A stretch of DNA of 64,000 nucleotides from Thermodesulfobacteriota bacterium (GTDB lineage Bacteria; Desulfobacterota; Desulfobacteria; Desulfobacterales; SURF-7). A program made the translations under genes and the position numbers. The stretch is from positions 88,445 through 152,444 of the forward strand of contig JBMORA010000012.1 in the NCBI GenBank assembly GCA_049320885.1, in the 5' to 3' direction. Below the pieces are notes generated by a model. The model ran no database searches. It was not told the origin of the DNA and was given only the letters and a program-made list of their open reading frames with translations. Each line of letters begins with the position of its first letter. The first letter of the stretch is position 1. This document shows, one piece after another, positions 1 through 9,179 of this stretch.

Positions 1-441
1 CGGTGTAATGTCGATGGATTCATTCCGGTGGTTCCCTCCATGGCCGGTTGATCCTTTACCATGGGTGGAATGCGGTTTCGGAGGCCGGGAAGATCCTTCC
101 GGAATGAGTTGTCGATCAGTCGCAATCCGTCCCGTCAACCGGACGCGGACGACTCCCTCCATTTTTTCGAGCTGGTGGATGACGGCGCCGCGAAAATGAT
201 CCGCGTGGGGAAGATCGGCGCTTTCATGAACCATCCGCATCCAGTCTTTTGGATGACCGAGGCGCATATCGATCTGGTGGGCCGCCCGTTCGAGTTTCAG
301 CATGGACGCTTCGCCCCATTGATCCAGAAGACTGTCCCGGGCATAGATAAAGCCCACCAACCCCATGCTGAACAAAAGGATCGCCACGGGAAGGAGCATG
401 AAAATCGCAAAGCGCTGCTGGAGTGATTTGGGCTTGATCAT
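1..441 (-). CDS. Partial (N-terminal 147 aa) membrane-anchored sensor/signal-transduction protein; output domain lies outside the window
   Basis: Not in the ORF track. Manual translation from ATG at 441 (GAGGA upstream) gives MIKPKSLQQRFAIFMLLPVAILLFSMGLVGFIYARDSLLDQWGEASMLKLERAAHQIDMRL..., open to position 1. One TM helix is followed by an extracytoplasmic region with a His/Gly-rich stretch. Confidence 0.75.
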   Translation of the reverse strand, partial: MIKPKSLQQRFAIFMLLPVAILLFSMGLVGFIYARDSLLDQWGEASMLKLERAAHQIDMRLGHPKDWMRMVHESADLPHADHFRGAVIHQLEKMEGVVRVRLTGRIATDRQLIPEGSSRPPKPHSTHGKGSTGHGGNHRNESIDITP

Positions 442-854
442 GATCGCATCCTCATTAAAACCAGCATGACAAACTCAACCATCCACCATTACTGATGGGG
501 ATACTGAAAAGATATTATCCATCTAAATTGAGACATTACGGTACCATACGGATGGTGGAATGACAATGACGATTAATGGTCCATAAATAGCTCTGCCAGA
601 GGACTGGCAGGATAGAGCGCGCTCGCGCATGGAGATAGGACCGGTCAACCGGCATCGCCGTGTTTGTGAGACACAAGTGTACCGGTCGACCGTATCAATC
701 CATCACGATAAATGAATTTGCATTTTACCAGATAGTATGAGATCATCATACGACAGATTCAACAAGCTGAATTGCTAGCGTAAATACGCGTATATCGTTG
801 CATTTTCTCACCAACCGTTACCATATTTGTCCGATTTTAGAAATCCATACTTAT

Positions 855-872
855 TTGGTATGAATAGTGCTA
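855..872 (+). promoter_or_regulatory. Sigma54 (-24/-12) promoter candidate for the cus-like operon
   Basis: TTGGTATGAATAGTGCTA: GG(857-858)-N10-GC(869-870), about 75 bp upstream of ATG 945. Confidence 0.6.
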
Positions 873-944
873 TACTATCTCACAGCTGTAAGTACAAGAC
901 CATTTTCGGGAGAGTCCCGCTATCCGATCACAAGGGGCAGGAAA

Positions 945-2345
945 ATGGATGCATCCATTCAAATCGACAAACAAAATTGGATATCTCCGGAAAATCCGGG
1001 TCCAGGGGGCTGGTTGTTCCCGTGGGTTGCCTTCCTGTGCATCCTGTGGACCGGATCGGCTCTTTTTGCTGATGACAATCTGAAAAAAATAGAGGAGCGA
1101 ATGATCAACGGTCCTGCTCCGGCCGATGTGGTGGAATATGCCTACCGGGCGGGGACCCGGATCGCCGCCGCCAGGGCCGGCTGGCGGGAATCCCTGGAGC
1201 AGACCCGGGTCACCGGGGTCTATCCGGACCCGCGGCTGAGCGCCACCTACTATCCGGGGTCGGTCCCCGGAGACCTGTTTGCCAAAAAATACGAACTCAT
1301 GCTTTCCCAGGAAATCCCGTTTCCGGGAAAGCTCGGCGCAGCCGGGGACGCAGCTAAAATCGAGGCCCGTTCCGGCCGCATCAACCTGGACCGGGCGGTG
1401 CGGGATACGGTGACGGCGGTGCGGGCTTCCTACCATGAGTTGAATTACATCCGCACGGCCAGGCGCATCGCGGAGCAGAACCGGAAACTGGTGGACGAAT
1501 TGAGGGGGCTTTCGGAAACGGCCTATGCCAAAGAACGCGGAACCCTCATCGATGTACTGAAAGCCCAGTCCCAGTCCGCCCAGACCGGATACAACGTCCT
1601 CCTGCTCGGCGAGCTGGAGGAAACCGAAACCGCGCGCTTGAACGCCCTGCTCGACCGGGAGCCGGGGGCGGTGATCGGGCCGTTGGCGGATGATCCGCCC
1701 CGGCCAGTGGTCTACTCCCTTGGGGAATTATACGCTCTGGCGGAAAAAAACCGGGAGGAAATCCAACTGGCCAGGGCGGAGAGGGAAAGAGCCAGGGTCG
1801 AGGAAACCATCGCCGGGTATGAAACCTATCCGGATTTCATGCTGGGCCTGTCCTACGAATCCTTTCAACCGGAGGATCTGTCGGCTTCCCGGGAAGACAT
1901 GGTGGGGCTGCAGTTCGGTTTTTCCCTGCCGCTGTGGCTGGACAAATCCGCCGGCCGGAGGGCAGCGGCCCGGTCGGTCTCCCGCAAGGCCGAGGCCATG
2001 ACCCGCACGGAAATCAATGAAACCCGCGTCCTGGTGCGGGAAACCCTTTTCCAGCTGCGGAATGCCGAAAGGCTCATGACCCTCTATGGGGATTCATTAA
2101 TCCCCCAGGCCCATCGCTCCCTGGAAACCGCCGAAACCTGGGCCCGCCAGGGAACCGGCAGCCTCTCGGATTATCTGGAGATTCAGTCTGTCTGGTATAA
2201 CTTCCAGCTGGCCATGGCCCGGGCGCGCGCGGATTACGCCGTTTACCTCGCCCGCCTGGAAGGCCTGTGCGGACAGGACCTGACAAGAAGGGAGGAGGCG
2301 AAGGGAGACCTGACGGCTCCCGGATCCGGGGAGGCTGCGCCATGA
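945..2345 (+). CDS. TolC/CusC-like outer membrane efflux protein 1
   Basis: OEP-family motifs (YPDPRL, SQEIPFPGKL, YPDFMLG, FSLPLW); signal-like hydrophobic segment; start re-assigned to ATG 945; upstream of CusB/CusA. Confidence 0.85.
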   Translation: MDASIQIDKQNWISPENPGPGGWLFPWVAFLCILWTGSALFADDNLKKIEERMINGPAPADVVEYAYRAGTRIAAARAGWRESLEQTRVTGVYPDPRLSATYYPGSVPGDLFAKKYELMLSQEIPFPGKLGAAGDAAKIEARSGRINLDRAVRDTVTAVRASYHELNYIRTARRIAEQNRKLVDELRGLSETAYAKERGTLIDVLKAQSQSAQTGYNVLLLGELEETETARLNALLDREPGAVIGPLADDPPRPVVYSLGELYALAEKNREEIQLARAERERARVEETIAGYETYPDFMLGLSYESFQPEDLSASREDMVGLQFGFSLPLWLDKSAGRRAAARSVSRKAEAMTRTEINETRVLVRETLFQLRNAERLMTLYGDSLIPQAHRSLETAETWARQGTGSLSDYLEIQSVWYNFQLAMARARADYAVYLARLEGLCGQDLTRREEAKGDLTAPGSGEAAP

Positions 2346-3883
2346 AGAGCCATATGCTGATGCCGGCAGTTTTCCTGCTTCTCCCGCTAACGGCCTGCTT
2401 CAATGAAAAAGCGGTGATGGAGGAGATGGACCGGTATGCCCCTCCGGCGGTATATGGAGTGGCCCGGGCCGCCGCCACACCCGGGAGACCTTTGCCGGAC
2501 AACGGTCTTCGCAGGGAGGACGATTTTTCCCGACAGCGGGAAGCGCTTCTTGCAATGAAACAGTCGGCGGAAAGCGCTCAGTCGCGACCGGACAGGGAAG
2601 GGAGCTTCTATGTTCCGGAGCCCGGTCGCCTGGAAGCCCTGGCGCCTTCCCTGGATGATCCGGAAGCTTCGGGAAAGATGCTGGCCGGCGATTTTCCCCT
2701 GGCGGATCTCGAGCTCCTGGCCTGGGGCCGGAATCCCATGATCAAAGCAGCGGAAAACGGTTTCCGGGCCGCCCTGGAGTCCTACGATCAGGTTGCCGGT
2801 CTCGATGAGATCCTGGACCAATACGCCGCCTTCACCGCCGGTTCCATGGTCTTCCCGAAAACCCGGGAGGAAATGGGCGCCATGGACCGGCAATTTCCCT
2901 TTCCCGGCATTACGGCCCTCAAGGGCCGTATCGTCACGGCCGATATCGCCGCGGCCCGGCAGGACCTGGAAATCGCCCGGCGCAGGGCCATCACCGAAAC
3001 GCGGAGGCTCTACTGGGATCTGGTTTACAACCGCAAAGCCGTTGAGATCATTTCCCAGACCCTGGTCCTGCTGGACGGATTCGAGGCTTCCACCCGGAAA
3101 CGCTATGCCAGCGGCCGGGCTTTTCTGCGGGAGCCTGTCATGCTCCGCATCCGCAAGGAGAAGTTGAAGGAAAAACAAATCAGCCTGATCGAAAACGGCC
3201 GCAGCCTGGAAGCGCGTCTGAAAGCGCTGCTGCTGCTGCCCGGCGAGGCTGTCATCGGGCAGCCTGCCGGCCGGGAAGGACGCCCGGAATTGCCCTCCCT
3301 GAAGGAACTGAACAGGCTGGCGGCGGTTCACCGTCAGGAACTGATCCGGATGCGCAGCATGATCGCCCGGATGGAATGGATGATCGAGATGGGCGAGACC
3401 GACATCTATCCGGGATTTTCACCGGCCGCCTCTTTTTCCGGAATGGACGGGACGGAGCGCCCGGCGGTAGATCGAATCCAGGCCGCCATGGACATCGGAC
3501 TGCCGCTGAAGCCGTTCACCGGCCTGTCCGACGCCTATCTGCGGGAGACGCGTCAGCGGCTCGAAGCCCTGCGCCGGGAACTGGAAGGTCTCACGGCAGA
3601 TACCGTGGCCGATGTCCGGGAAGGCTGGACCGCGGCGGACCGGGCCAAACGGGAGGAACAGCTGTACCGGGAGAAGTTGTCCGAACTCTCGCGCCTGAAC
3701 TACCTTGCTTCCCTGAGGGCCTATGAAAGCGGGGAGCTTTCCTTTGCCGAAACCGTCGAGGCCTTGCTGCTGGAATTGTCGGTCAGGCTGGCAGGAGAGA
3801 AACGCCGGGCGGAATTGCACATAGCCGTGGCGGAACTCAAGGCCGCAGTGGGTTTTTCCTGGCCGGAAAACCGGAAAAGATAA
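2342..3883 (+). CDS. TolC/CusC-like outer membrane efflux protein 2 (lipoprotein)
   Basis: ATGA overlap with previous stop; lipobox LTAC; QFPFPG motif and OEP helical pattern. Confidence 0.8.
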   Translation: MKSHMLMPAVFLLLPLTACFNEKAVMEEMDRYAPPAVYGVARAAATPGRPLPDNGLRREDDFSRQREALLAMKQSAESAQSRPDREGSFYVPEPGRLEALAPSLDDPEASGKMLAGDFPLADLELLAWGRNPMIKAAENGFRAALESYDQVAGLDEILDQYAAFTAGSMVFPKTREEMGAMDRQFPFPGITALKGRIVTADIAAARQDLEIARRRAITETRRLYWDLVYNRKAVEIISQTLVLLDGFEASTRKRYASGRAFLREPVMLRIRKEKLKEKQISLIENGRSLEARLKALLLLPGEAVIGQPAGREGRPELPSLKELNRLAAVHRQELIRMRSMIARMEWMIEMGETDIYPGFSPAASFSGMDGTERPAVDRIQAAMDIGLPLKPFTGLSDAYLRETRQRLEALRRELEGLTADTVADVREGWTAADRAKREEQLYREKLSELSRLNYLASLRAYESGELSFAETVEALLLELSVRLAGEKRRAELHIAVAELKAAVGFSWPENRKR

Positions 3884-3893
3884 GGGGGCTGTC

Positions 3894-5261
3894 ATGTTCG
3901 ATTCTATTTTCCGTGAATCCTCGGGCCGATTATCCCGCCGACAGGTTGTGGCCGCCCTGGTGGCGCTGGTGGTGCTCGCCGGCGCGATTTATCTTCTGGC
4001 GCGGCCGGGGGGAAACGGCGGCGGAACCGGAGGCACCCCCGGACGGAAAACCGGGGAGCGCACCATCCTTTTCTACCGCAATCCCATGAATCCCGCCATC
4101 ACCTCGCCCACGCCGGCCAAGGATGAAATGGGTATGGACTATCTTCCGGTATATGAGGACGAAGGCAATGCGCCGCCGAAAAGCATGGAGCAGGAGGTGG
4201 AGGACTTTTTCGCCGAGGAGGATGGTGCCGGGGGCGGAGCGGTGGAGGGACTGGTGCCCGTGGTGTTGTCGGCCCGGGCCACGGCCATGGCCGGTGTCCG
4301 GACGGCGCCGGCCGTATCCGGTCCCATTTATGGAAATATCCGCACCGTGGGGCGGGTGATGGCCGATGAACGCCTGGTCCGCCAGGTCCAGACCCGGGCC
4401 GCCGGCTGGGTGGAACAGCTGGTTGTCCAATCCGCCGGGCAGATGGTGGAAAAGGGGGCGCCGATTCTCTCCCTCTACTCGCCGGAATTGTTTTCCAGCC
4501 AGGAGGAATTTCTCCAGGCCGGGGATACGGCCCGGAAACTGGCGAAATCCCCTGATCCGGAAACCCGGAAATTCGGTCGGGGATTGGAGCAGGCCGCCAT
4601 TCAACGCCTGAAACTGTTCGATGTCCCGGAAGCCTTCATCGCGGAACTGGCCGAAAAACGGCAACCCGTGCGGGCCGTCACCCTGGTGGCGCCCCTGTCC
4701 GGTTTTGTCATGTTGAAGGAGGTGTTCGCGGGGCAGCAGGTTTCGCCCGGGATGCTGTTGTTCGAGATCACCGATCTTTCCCGCATCTGGGTGGAGGCCG
4801 ATTTCTACGAATCGGACGGCACGGCCCTGAAATCGGGGCAGGAAGCCGTGATCCGGTCGCCCTATGATCCGGCCCTGGAGCTGACCGGCCGGGTGGACCT
4901 GGTCTATCCGTTCCTGGATCCGGAAAGCCGTACCATCAAGGTCCGGCTGGAATTTCCCAACGAGTCCCTGGCGCTGAAGCCCGGCATGTACGTGGACGTG
5001 GACCTGCGCCTGGACTTCGGCCCCGGCATTTCGATCCCGGAGTCGGCGGTGCTGGACTCCGGTACGCGCAAGGTGGTTTTCATCGACAAAGGGAACGGGC
5101 GTTTCGAGCCCCGCGAAGTGGTGCCGGGAGCGCGCAGCAACGGCGGCATCCAGATCCTGAAAGGCGTGGCGCCAGGGGAAAGGGTGGCCGTGACCGCCAA
5201 TTTCCTGCTGGATTCGGAGTCGCGGCTCCAGGCGGTGATTCAGGAAATGATGAAGAAATAA
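3894..5261 (+). CDS. cusB: Heavy-metal RND efflux periplasmic adaptor (CusB-like)
   Basis: N-terminal TM; YRNPMNP...KDEMGMDYLPVY metal-binding segment; YSPELFSSQEE, LKPGMY, ANFLLDSESRL motifs. Confidence 0.9.
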   Translation: MFDSIFRESSGRLSRRQVVAALVALVVLAGAIYLLARPGGNGGGTGGTPGRKTGERTILFYRNPMNPAITSPTPAKDEMGMDYLPVYEDEGNAPPKSMEQEVEDFFAEEDGAGGGAVEGLVPVVLSARATAMAGVRTAPAVSGPIYGNIRTVGRVMADERLVRQVQTRAAGWVEQLVVQSAGQMVEKGAPILSLYSPELFSSQEEFLQAGDTARKLAKSPDPETRKFGRGLEQAAIQRLKLFDVPEAFIAELAEKRQPVRAVTLVAPLSGFVMLKEVFAGQQVSPGMLLFEITDLSRIWVEADFYESDGTALKSGQEAVIRSPYDPALELTGRVDLVYPFLDPESRTIKVRLEFPNESLALKPGMYVDVDLRLDFGPGISIPESAVLDSGTRKVVFIDKGNGRFEPREVVPGARSNGGIQILKGVAPGERVAVTANFLLDSESRLQAVIQEMMKK

Positions 5262-5284
5262 GACAATAATTCAGGTATGCCGAT

Positions 5285-8200
5285 ATGATCCAACGAATCA
5301 TCGATTTCTCAGGACGGAACCGCTTTCTCGTTCTCCTGCTGATGCTGGCGGTGGGGGGCGTGTCGATCCATATCCTGAACAATATCCGGCTGGACGCCCT
5401 GCCCGATCTGTCCGACACCCAGGTGATCATCTTTTCGCGCTGGGACCGTTCCCCGGACATCATCGAAGATCAGCTGACCTATCCCATCGTCACGGCGCTC
5501 CTCGGCGCCCCCCGTGTCAAGGCCATCCGGGGCTTCTCGGATTTCGGCTATTCCTATGTGTATGTGATCTTCGAGGACGGCACGGATATGTACTGGGCCC
5601 GTTCGCGGGTGCTGGAATACCTGGCCAAGATTCAGCCGCGGCTGCCCCAGGGGGTTGCAACCGAGCTGGGGCCGGACGCCAGCGGCGTGGGCTGGGTGTT
5701 CCAGTACGCCCTGCGCGATGAATCCGGCGCCCATTCCCTGTACGAACTCCGTTCCCATCAGGACTGGACCCTGCGGTACGCCCTGCAGTCCGTGCCGGGG
5801 GTGGCGGAGGTGGCCTCCATCGGCGGATATGTAAAGCAGTATCAGATCACGGCGGATCCCAACCGTCTTGCGGCCTACGGGCTGTCCCTGGATCAGGTCA
5901 TGGAGGCCGTCCGGTCATCCAACAACGAGGTGGGCGGCCGCCTGATCGAATGGAGCGGCCGGGAATACATGGTGCGGGGCCGGGGATACAGCCGGCGGCC
6001 GGCGGATTTGGAGGCCGTTGTTCTGAAAACCACTCCCGGCGGGGTGCCGGTTCTGCTGAAGGACGTGGCCCGGGTGGAATTCGGACCGGAAATCCGGCGG
6101 GGGGTCGCCGATTTGGATGGCGAGGGCGACACGGTGGGCGGCATCGTGATCATGCGTCACGGTGAAAACGCCCTGAACGTCATCAATCGGGTCAAGGAAA
6201 AGCTCAAGGAACTGGAGCCTGCCCTGCCGGAAGGGGTCCGGTTCGTCTTCACCTACGACCGGTCCGATCTGATCCTCCGGGCCTTGAACACCCTGCGGCA
6301 CGAACTCGTGCTGGAGATGATCGTGGTTTCCGCAGTCATTCTGATCTTTCTCTGGCATATTCCTTCCGCCGTGGTGCCCATCGTCACCATCCCGGTTTCC
6401 GTGCTGTTCGCCTTCATCCCCATGTACTATTTCGGGGTGACGGTGAACATCATGTCCCTGGCCGGCATCGCCATATCCATCGGGGTCCTGGTGGACGGCG
6501 CCATCGTCGAGGTGGAGAACGCCTACAACAAGATCTATCACTGGCAGGCCGGGGGCCGCAAAGGCGATTTTTTCGAGGTGCGTCTTTCGGCCCTCAAGGA
6601 AGTGGGGCCGTCGGTGTTTTTCTCCCTGCTGGTGATCGCCGTGGCCTTTCTGCCGGTGTTCGCCCTGGTGGACCAGGAGGGCCGGCTGTTCAAGCCCCTG
6701 GCCTATTCCAAAAACCTGGCCATGGCCATTGCCGCCATCCTGGCCATAACCCTCGATCCGGCCATGCGGATGCTCTTCGCCCGCATCGATCCCTACGATT
6801 TCCGGCCAGCCTGGCTGTCCCGGCTGGCCACCCACTTCCTGGTGGGGACCTACCAGCCCGAGGAACGCCATCCGGTGAGCCGGGCCGTGTTCCGGGCCTA
6901 TGAACCGGTCTGCCGCTGGGTTTTGCGCCGTCCCCGGACGATTGTCGCTGCTTCGGCATTGCTCGTGGCCGTGAGCATCCCGGTCTATTTTCAACTGGGC
7001 TCGGAATTCATGCCGCCCCTGCGGGAAGGGTCGCTGCTGTTCATGCCCACCACCCTGCCCGGCATTTCCGTCACCGAAAGCCAGCGCATTCTCCACATCC
7101 AGGACCGGATCCTGCGGTCCTTTCCGGAGGTGGAACGGGTCTTCGGCAAGGCCGGCCGGGCCGACACGTCCACGGACCCGGCGCCCTTCTCCATGATGGA
7201 AACCACCATCGTGCTGAAGCCGGAAAACGAGTGGCGCACAAAACCCAGGTGGTATACGTCCTTTGCCCCGGAATGGCTTCGCTCCCTGCTGGGCGTCTTC
7301 TGGCCGGACCGGATCACCTATGAGGAACTCCTGGCGGAAATGGACGAGAAACTCGTCCTGCCCGGGGTGTCCAGCCGGGGGGCCATGACCATGCCCATCA
7401 AGGCCCGCATCGACATGCTCACCACCGGCGTGCGCAGTCCCGTGGGCATCAAGATTTTCGGCGCCGATCTTACGGAAATCGAACGCATCGGGGAGCGCAT
7501 CGAGGCGGTCATCAAGGACATCCCCGGCACCACCAGCGTTTTCGCCGAGCGCACCGCCGGGGGCTATTTCATCGATTTCGAACCCCGGCGGGAACAGCTG
7601 GCCAGGTTCGGCCTGACCGTGGGAAACCTGCAAAGCGTCATCATGAGCGCGGTGGGCGGCGAGAACATCGCCACCAGCATCGAAGGCCGGGAGCGCTATC
7701 CCATCAATCTGCGCTATCCCCGGGAACTGCGCGGCGACCTGGAAACCCTCCGGCGGATCCTGGTGGCCACGGAAACGGGCCTCCAGGTACCCCTGGGGCA
7801 GCTCGCCGATATCCGTCTGGTCCAGGGGCCTTCCATGCTGCGCAACGAGAACGGGTTCCTGTCCGGTTATGTGTATGTCTACATGGGCGGCCGCGATATC
7901 GGCGGCTACGTGGCGGAGGCCAAGGAAAAGGTCCGGGAGGAATTGCGCCTGCCCACCGGATACTCGCTCCAATGGAGCGGCCAGTACGAGAACATGATCC
8001 GGGTCCGGGAACGCATGAAGGTGATCATCCCCATCACCCTGGTGTTGATCTTCATCCTACTGTTCGCCAACACCCGCTCCATGGTCCGATCCCTCATCGT
8101 GCTGCTGGCCGTGCCGTTTTCCGCCATCGGGGCCATATGGCTGTTTTATATCCTGGATTACAACGTGTCCATCGCGGCCTGGGTGGGCATGATCGCCCTG

Positions 8201-8569
8201 TTGGGGCTGGATGCGGAAACCGGGGTGTTCATGCTCCTGTTCCTGGAGCTTTCCTACGAGGAGGCCAGAAAACAGGGCCGGCTCGGCACCCCCATGGAAT
8301 TGGATGAGGCCATCGTGCACGGCGCGGTCAAAAGAGCCCGGCCGAAAATGATGACGGTGTTCGCGGCCTTCATGGGGCTTCTGCCCATCATGTGGTCCGA
8401 TTCCGCCGGCGCCGATGTGATGAAGCGGATCGCGGCGCCCATGCTCGGCGGCCTGGCAACCTCGTTCATCCTGGAACTGTTGGTGTATCCGGCGGTTTTT
8501 AAATTATGGAAACAACGCGTTTATTGGGAACGGGGTCATGATCCGGCAACCGGCAGGCCCCCTGCATGA
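5285..8569 (+). CDS. cusA: CusA/CzcA family heavy-metal RND pump, Cu(I)/Ag(I) type
   Basis: 1094 aa; LDALPDLSDTQV, YWARSRVLEYL, LGPDASGVGW; methionines in EFMPPL, DPAPFSMME and MPIKARIDM match the CusA Met-triad contexts. Confidence 0.93.
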   Translation: MIQRIIDFSGRNRFLVLLLMLAVGGVSIHILNNIRLDALPDLSDTQVIIFSRWDRSPDIIEDQLTYPIVTALLGAPRVKAIRGFSDFGYSYVYVIFEDGTDMYWARSRVLEYLAKIQPRLPQGVATELGPDASGVGWVFQYALRDESGAHSLYELRSHQDWTLRYALQSVPGVAEVASIGGYVKQYQITADPNRLAAYGLSLDQVMEAVRSSNNEVGGRLIEWSGREYMVRGRGYSRRPADLEAVVLKTTPGGVPVLLKDVARVEFGPEIRRGVADLDGEGDTVGGIVIMRHGENALNVINRVKEKLKELEPALPEGVRFVFTYDRSDLILRALNTLRHELVLEMIVVSAVILIFLWHIPSAVVPIVTIPVSVLFAFIPMYYFGVTVNIMSLAGIAISIGVLVDGAIVEVENAYNKIYHWQAGGRKGDFFEVRLSALKEVGPSVFFSLLVIAVAFLPVFALVDQEGRLFKPLAYSKNLAMAIAAILAITLDPAMRMLFARIDPYDFRPAWLSRLATHFLVGTYQPEERHPVSRAVFRAYEPVCRWVLRRPRTIVAASALLVAVSIPVYFQLGSEFMPPLREGSLLFMPTTLPGISVTESQRILHIQDRILRSFPEVERVFGKAGRADTSTDPAPFSMMETTIVLKPENEWRTKPRWYTSFAPEWLRSLLGVFWPDRITYEELLAEMDEKLVLPGVSSRGAMTMPIKARIDMLTTGVRSPVGIKIFGADLTEIERIGERIEAVIKDIPGTTSVFAERTAGGYFIDFEPRREQLARFGLTVGNLQSVIMSAVGGENIATSIEGRERYPINLRYPRELRGDLETLRRILVATETGLQVPLGQLADIRLVQGPSMLRNENGFLSGYVYVYMGGRDIGGYVAEAKEKVREELRLPTGYSLQWSGQYENMIRVRERMKVIIPITLVLIFILLFANTRSMVRSLIVLLAVPFSAIGAIWLFYILDYNVSIAAWVGMIALLGLDAETGVFMLLFLELSYEEARKQGRLGTPMELDEAIVHGAVKRARPKMMTVFAAFMGLLPIMWSDSAGADVMKRIAAPMLGGLATSFILELLVYPAVFKLWKQRVYWERGHDPATGRPPA

Positions 8570-8597
8570 ACAACCTGCAAACAAAGGAGACAGCATC

Positions 8598-9134
8598 ATG
8601 AAAATCAACCTCGATAAGCTGATAATGGCGTTCATTCTCTGCCTGGTCTTGTCTTCCGGACCGGTCCGGGCCGAGGACCAGGGAGACCATGCCGGCCATC
8701 ACGGCCACGGCGGCGGCGCAATGGATATGGGTGGTCATGCGGGGCACGGCGGCAACCGGTCGGAAGTCCCGCCCATCGCCGAAAAAACCGTCGACGGCTA
8801 TACCCTGAGTTTTTACCTGCATGACATGACCGAAAGAAAGCAGATGATGAAGGGCATGGAGGGCATGAAAATGCACGGCATGAGCGACAGTCCGGACATC
8901 ACCCATCACCTGATGGTCTATATCCGGAACCAGGACGGGGAAACGGTCTCCGGCAAGGTCGGGTTCATCGTCAAGGGGCCGGAAGGCAAGGAAACCAAGA
9001 CCCTGACCATGGGCATGCACGGCGGGTACGGGGCCGATGTGGGCCTGGGAAAAACCGGCGAATACCGCATCACCACCAAGGCGGTGATCGACGGCCGGAC
9101 CATCGTGGCGGAGTTCAGCCATGTCATGAAATGA
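8598..9134 (+). CDS. Secreted His/Met-rich putative metal-binding protein
   Basis: AAGGAG RBS; signal peptide ending VRA; DHAGHHGHGGGAMDMGGHAGHGG and MMKGMEGMKMHGM tracts; last gene of the cus-like operon. Confidence 0.75.
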   Translation: MKINLDKLIMAFILCLVLSSGPVRAEDQGDHAGHHGHGGGAMDMGGHAGHGGNRSEVPPIAEKTVDGYTLSFYLHDMTERKQMMKGMEGMKMHGMSDSPDITHHLMVYIRNQDGETVSGKVGFIVKGPEGKETKTLTMGMHGGYGADVGLGKTGEYRITTKAVIDGRTIVAEFSHVMK

Positions 9135-9179
9135 GCCGAATAGCCAAAAGTATTAGGAATATATCAAATCAACGGTTTT

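Noticed and set aside
8..426. Plus-strand ORFs 8-199 and 61-426
   Set aside because: The minus-strand frame 441-1 has an RBS and a TM-sensor-like sequence and is the better call
5915..7972. 685-aa minus-strand ORF
   Set aside because: Antisense shadow of cusA in GC-rich sequence; no recognisable motifs
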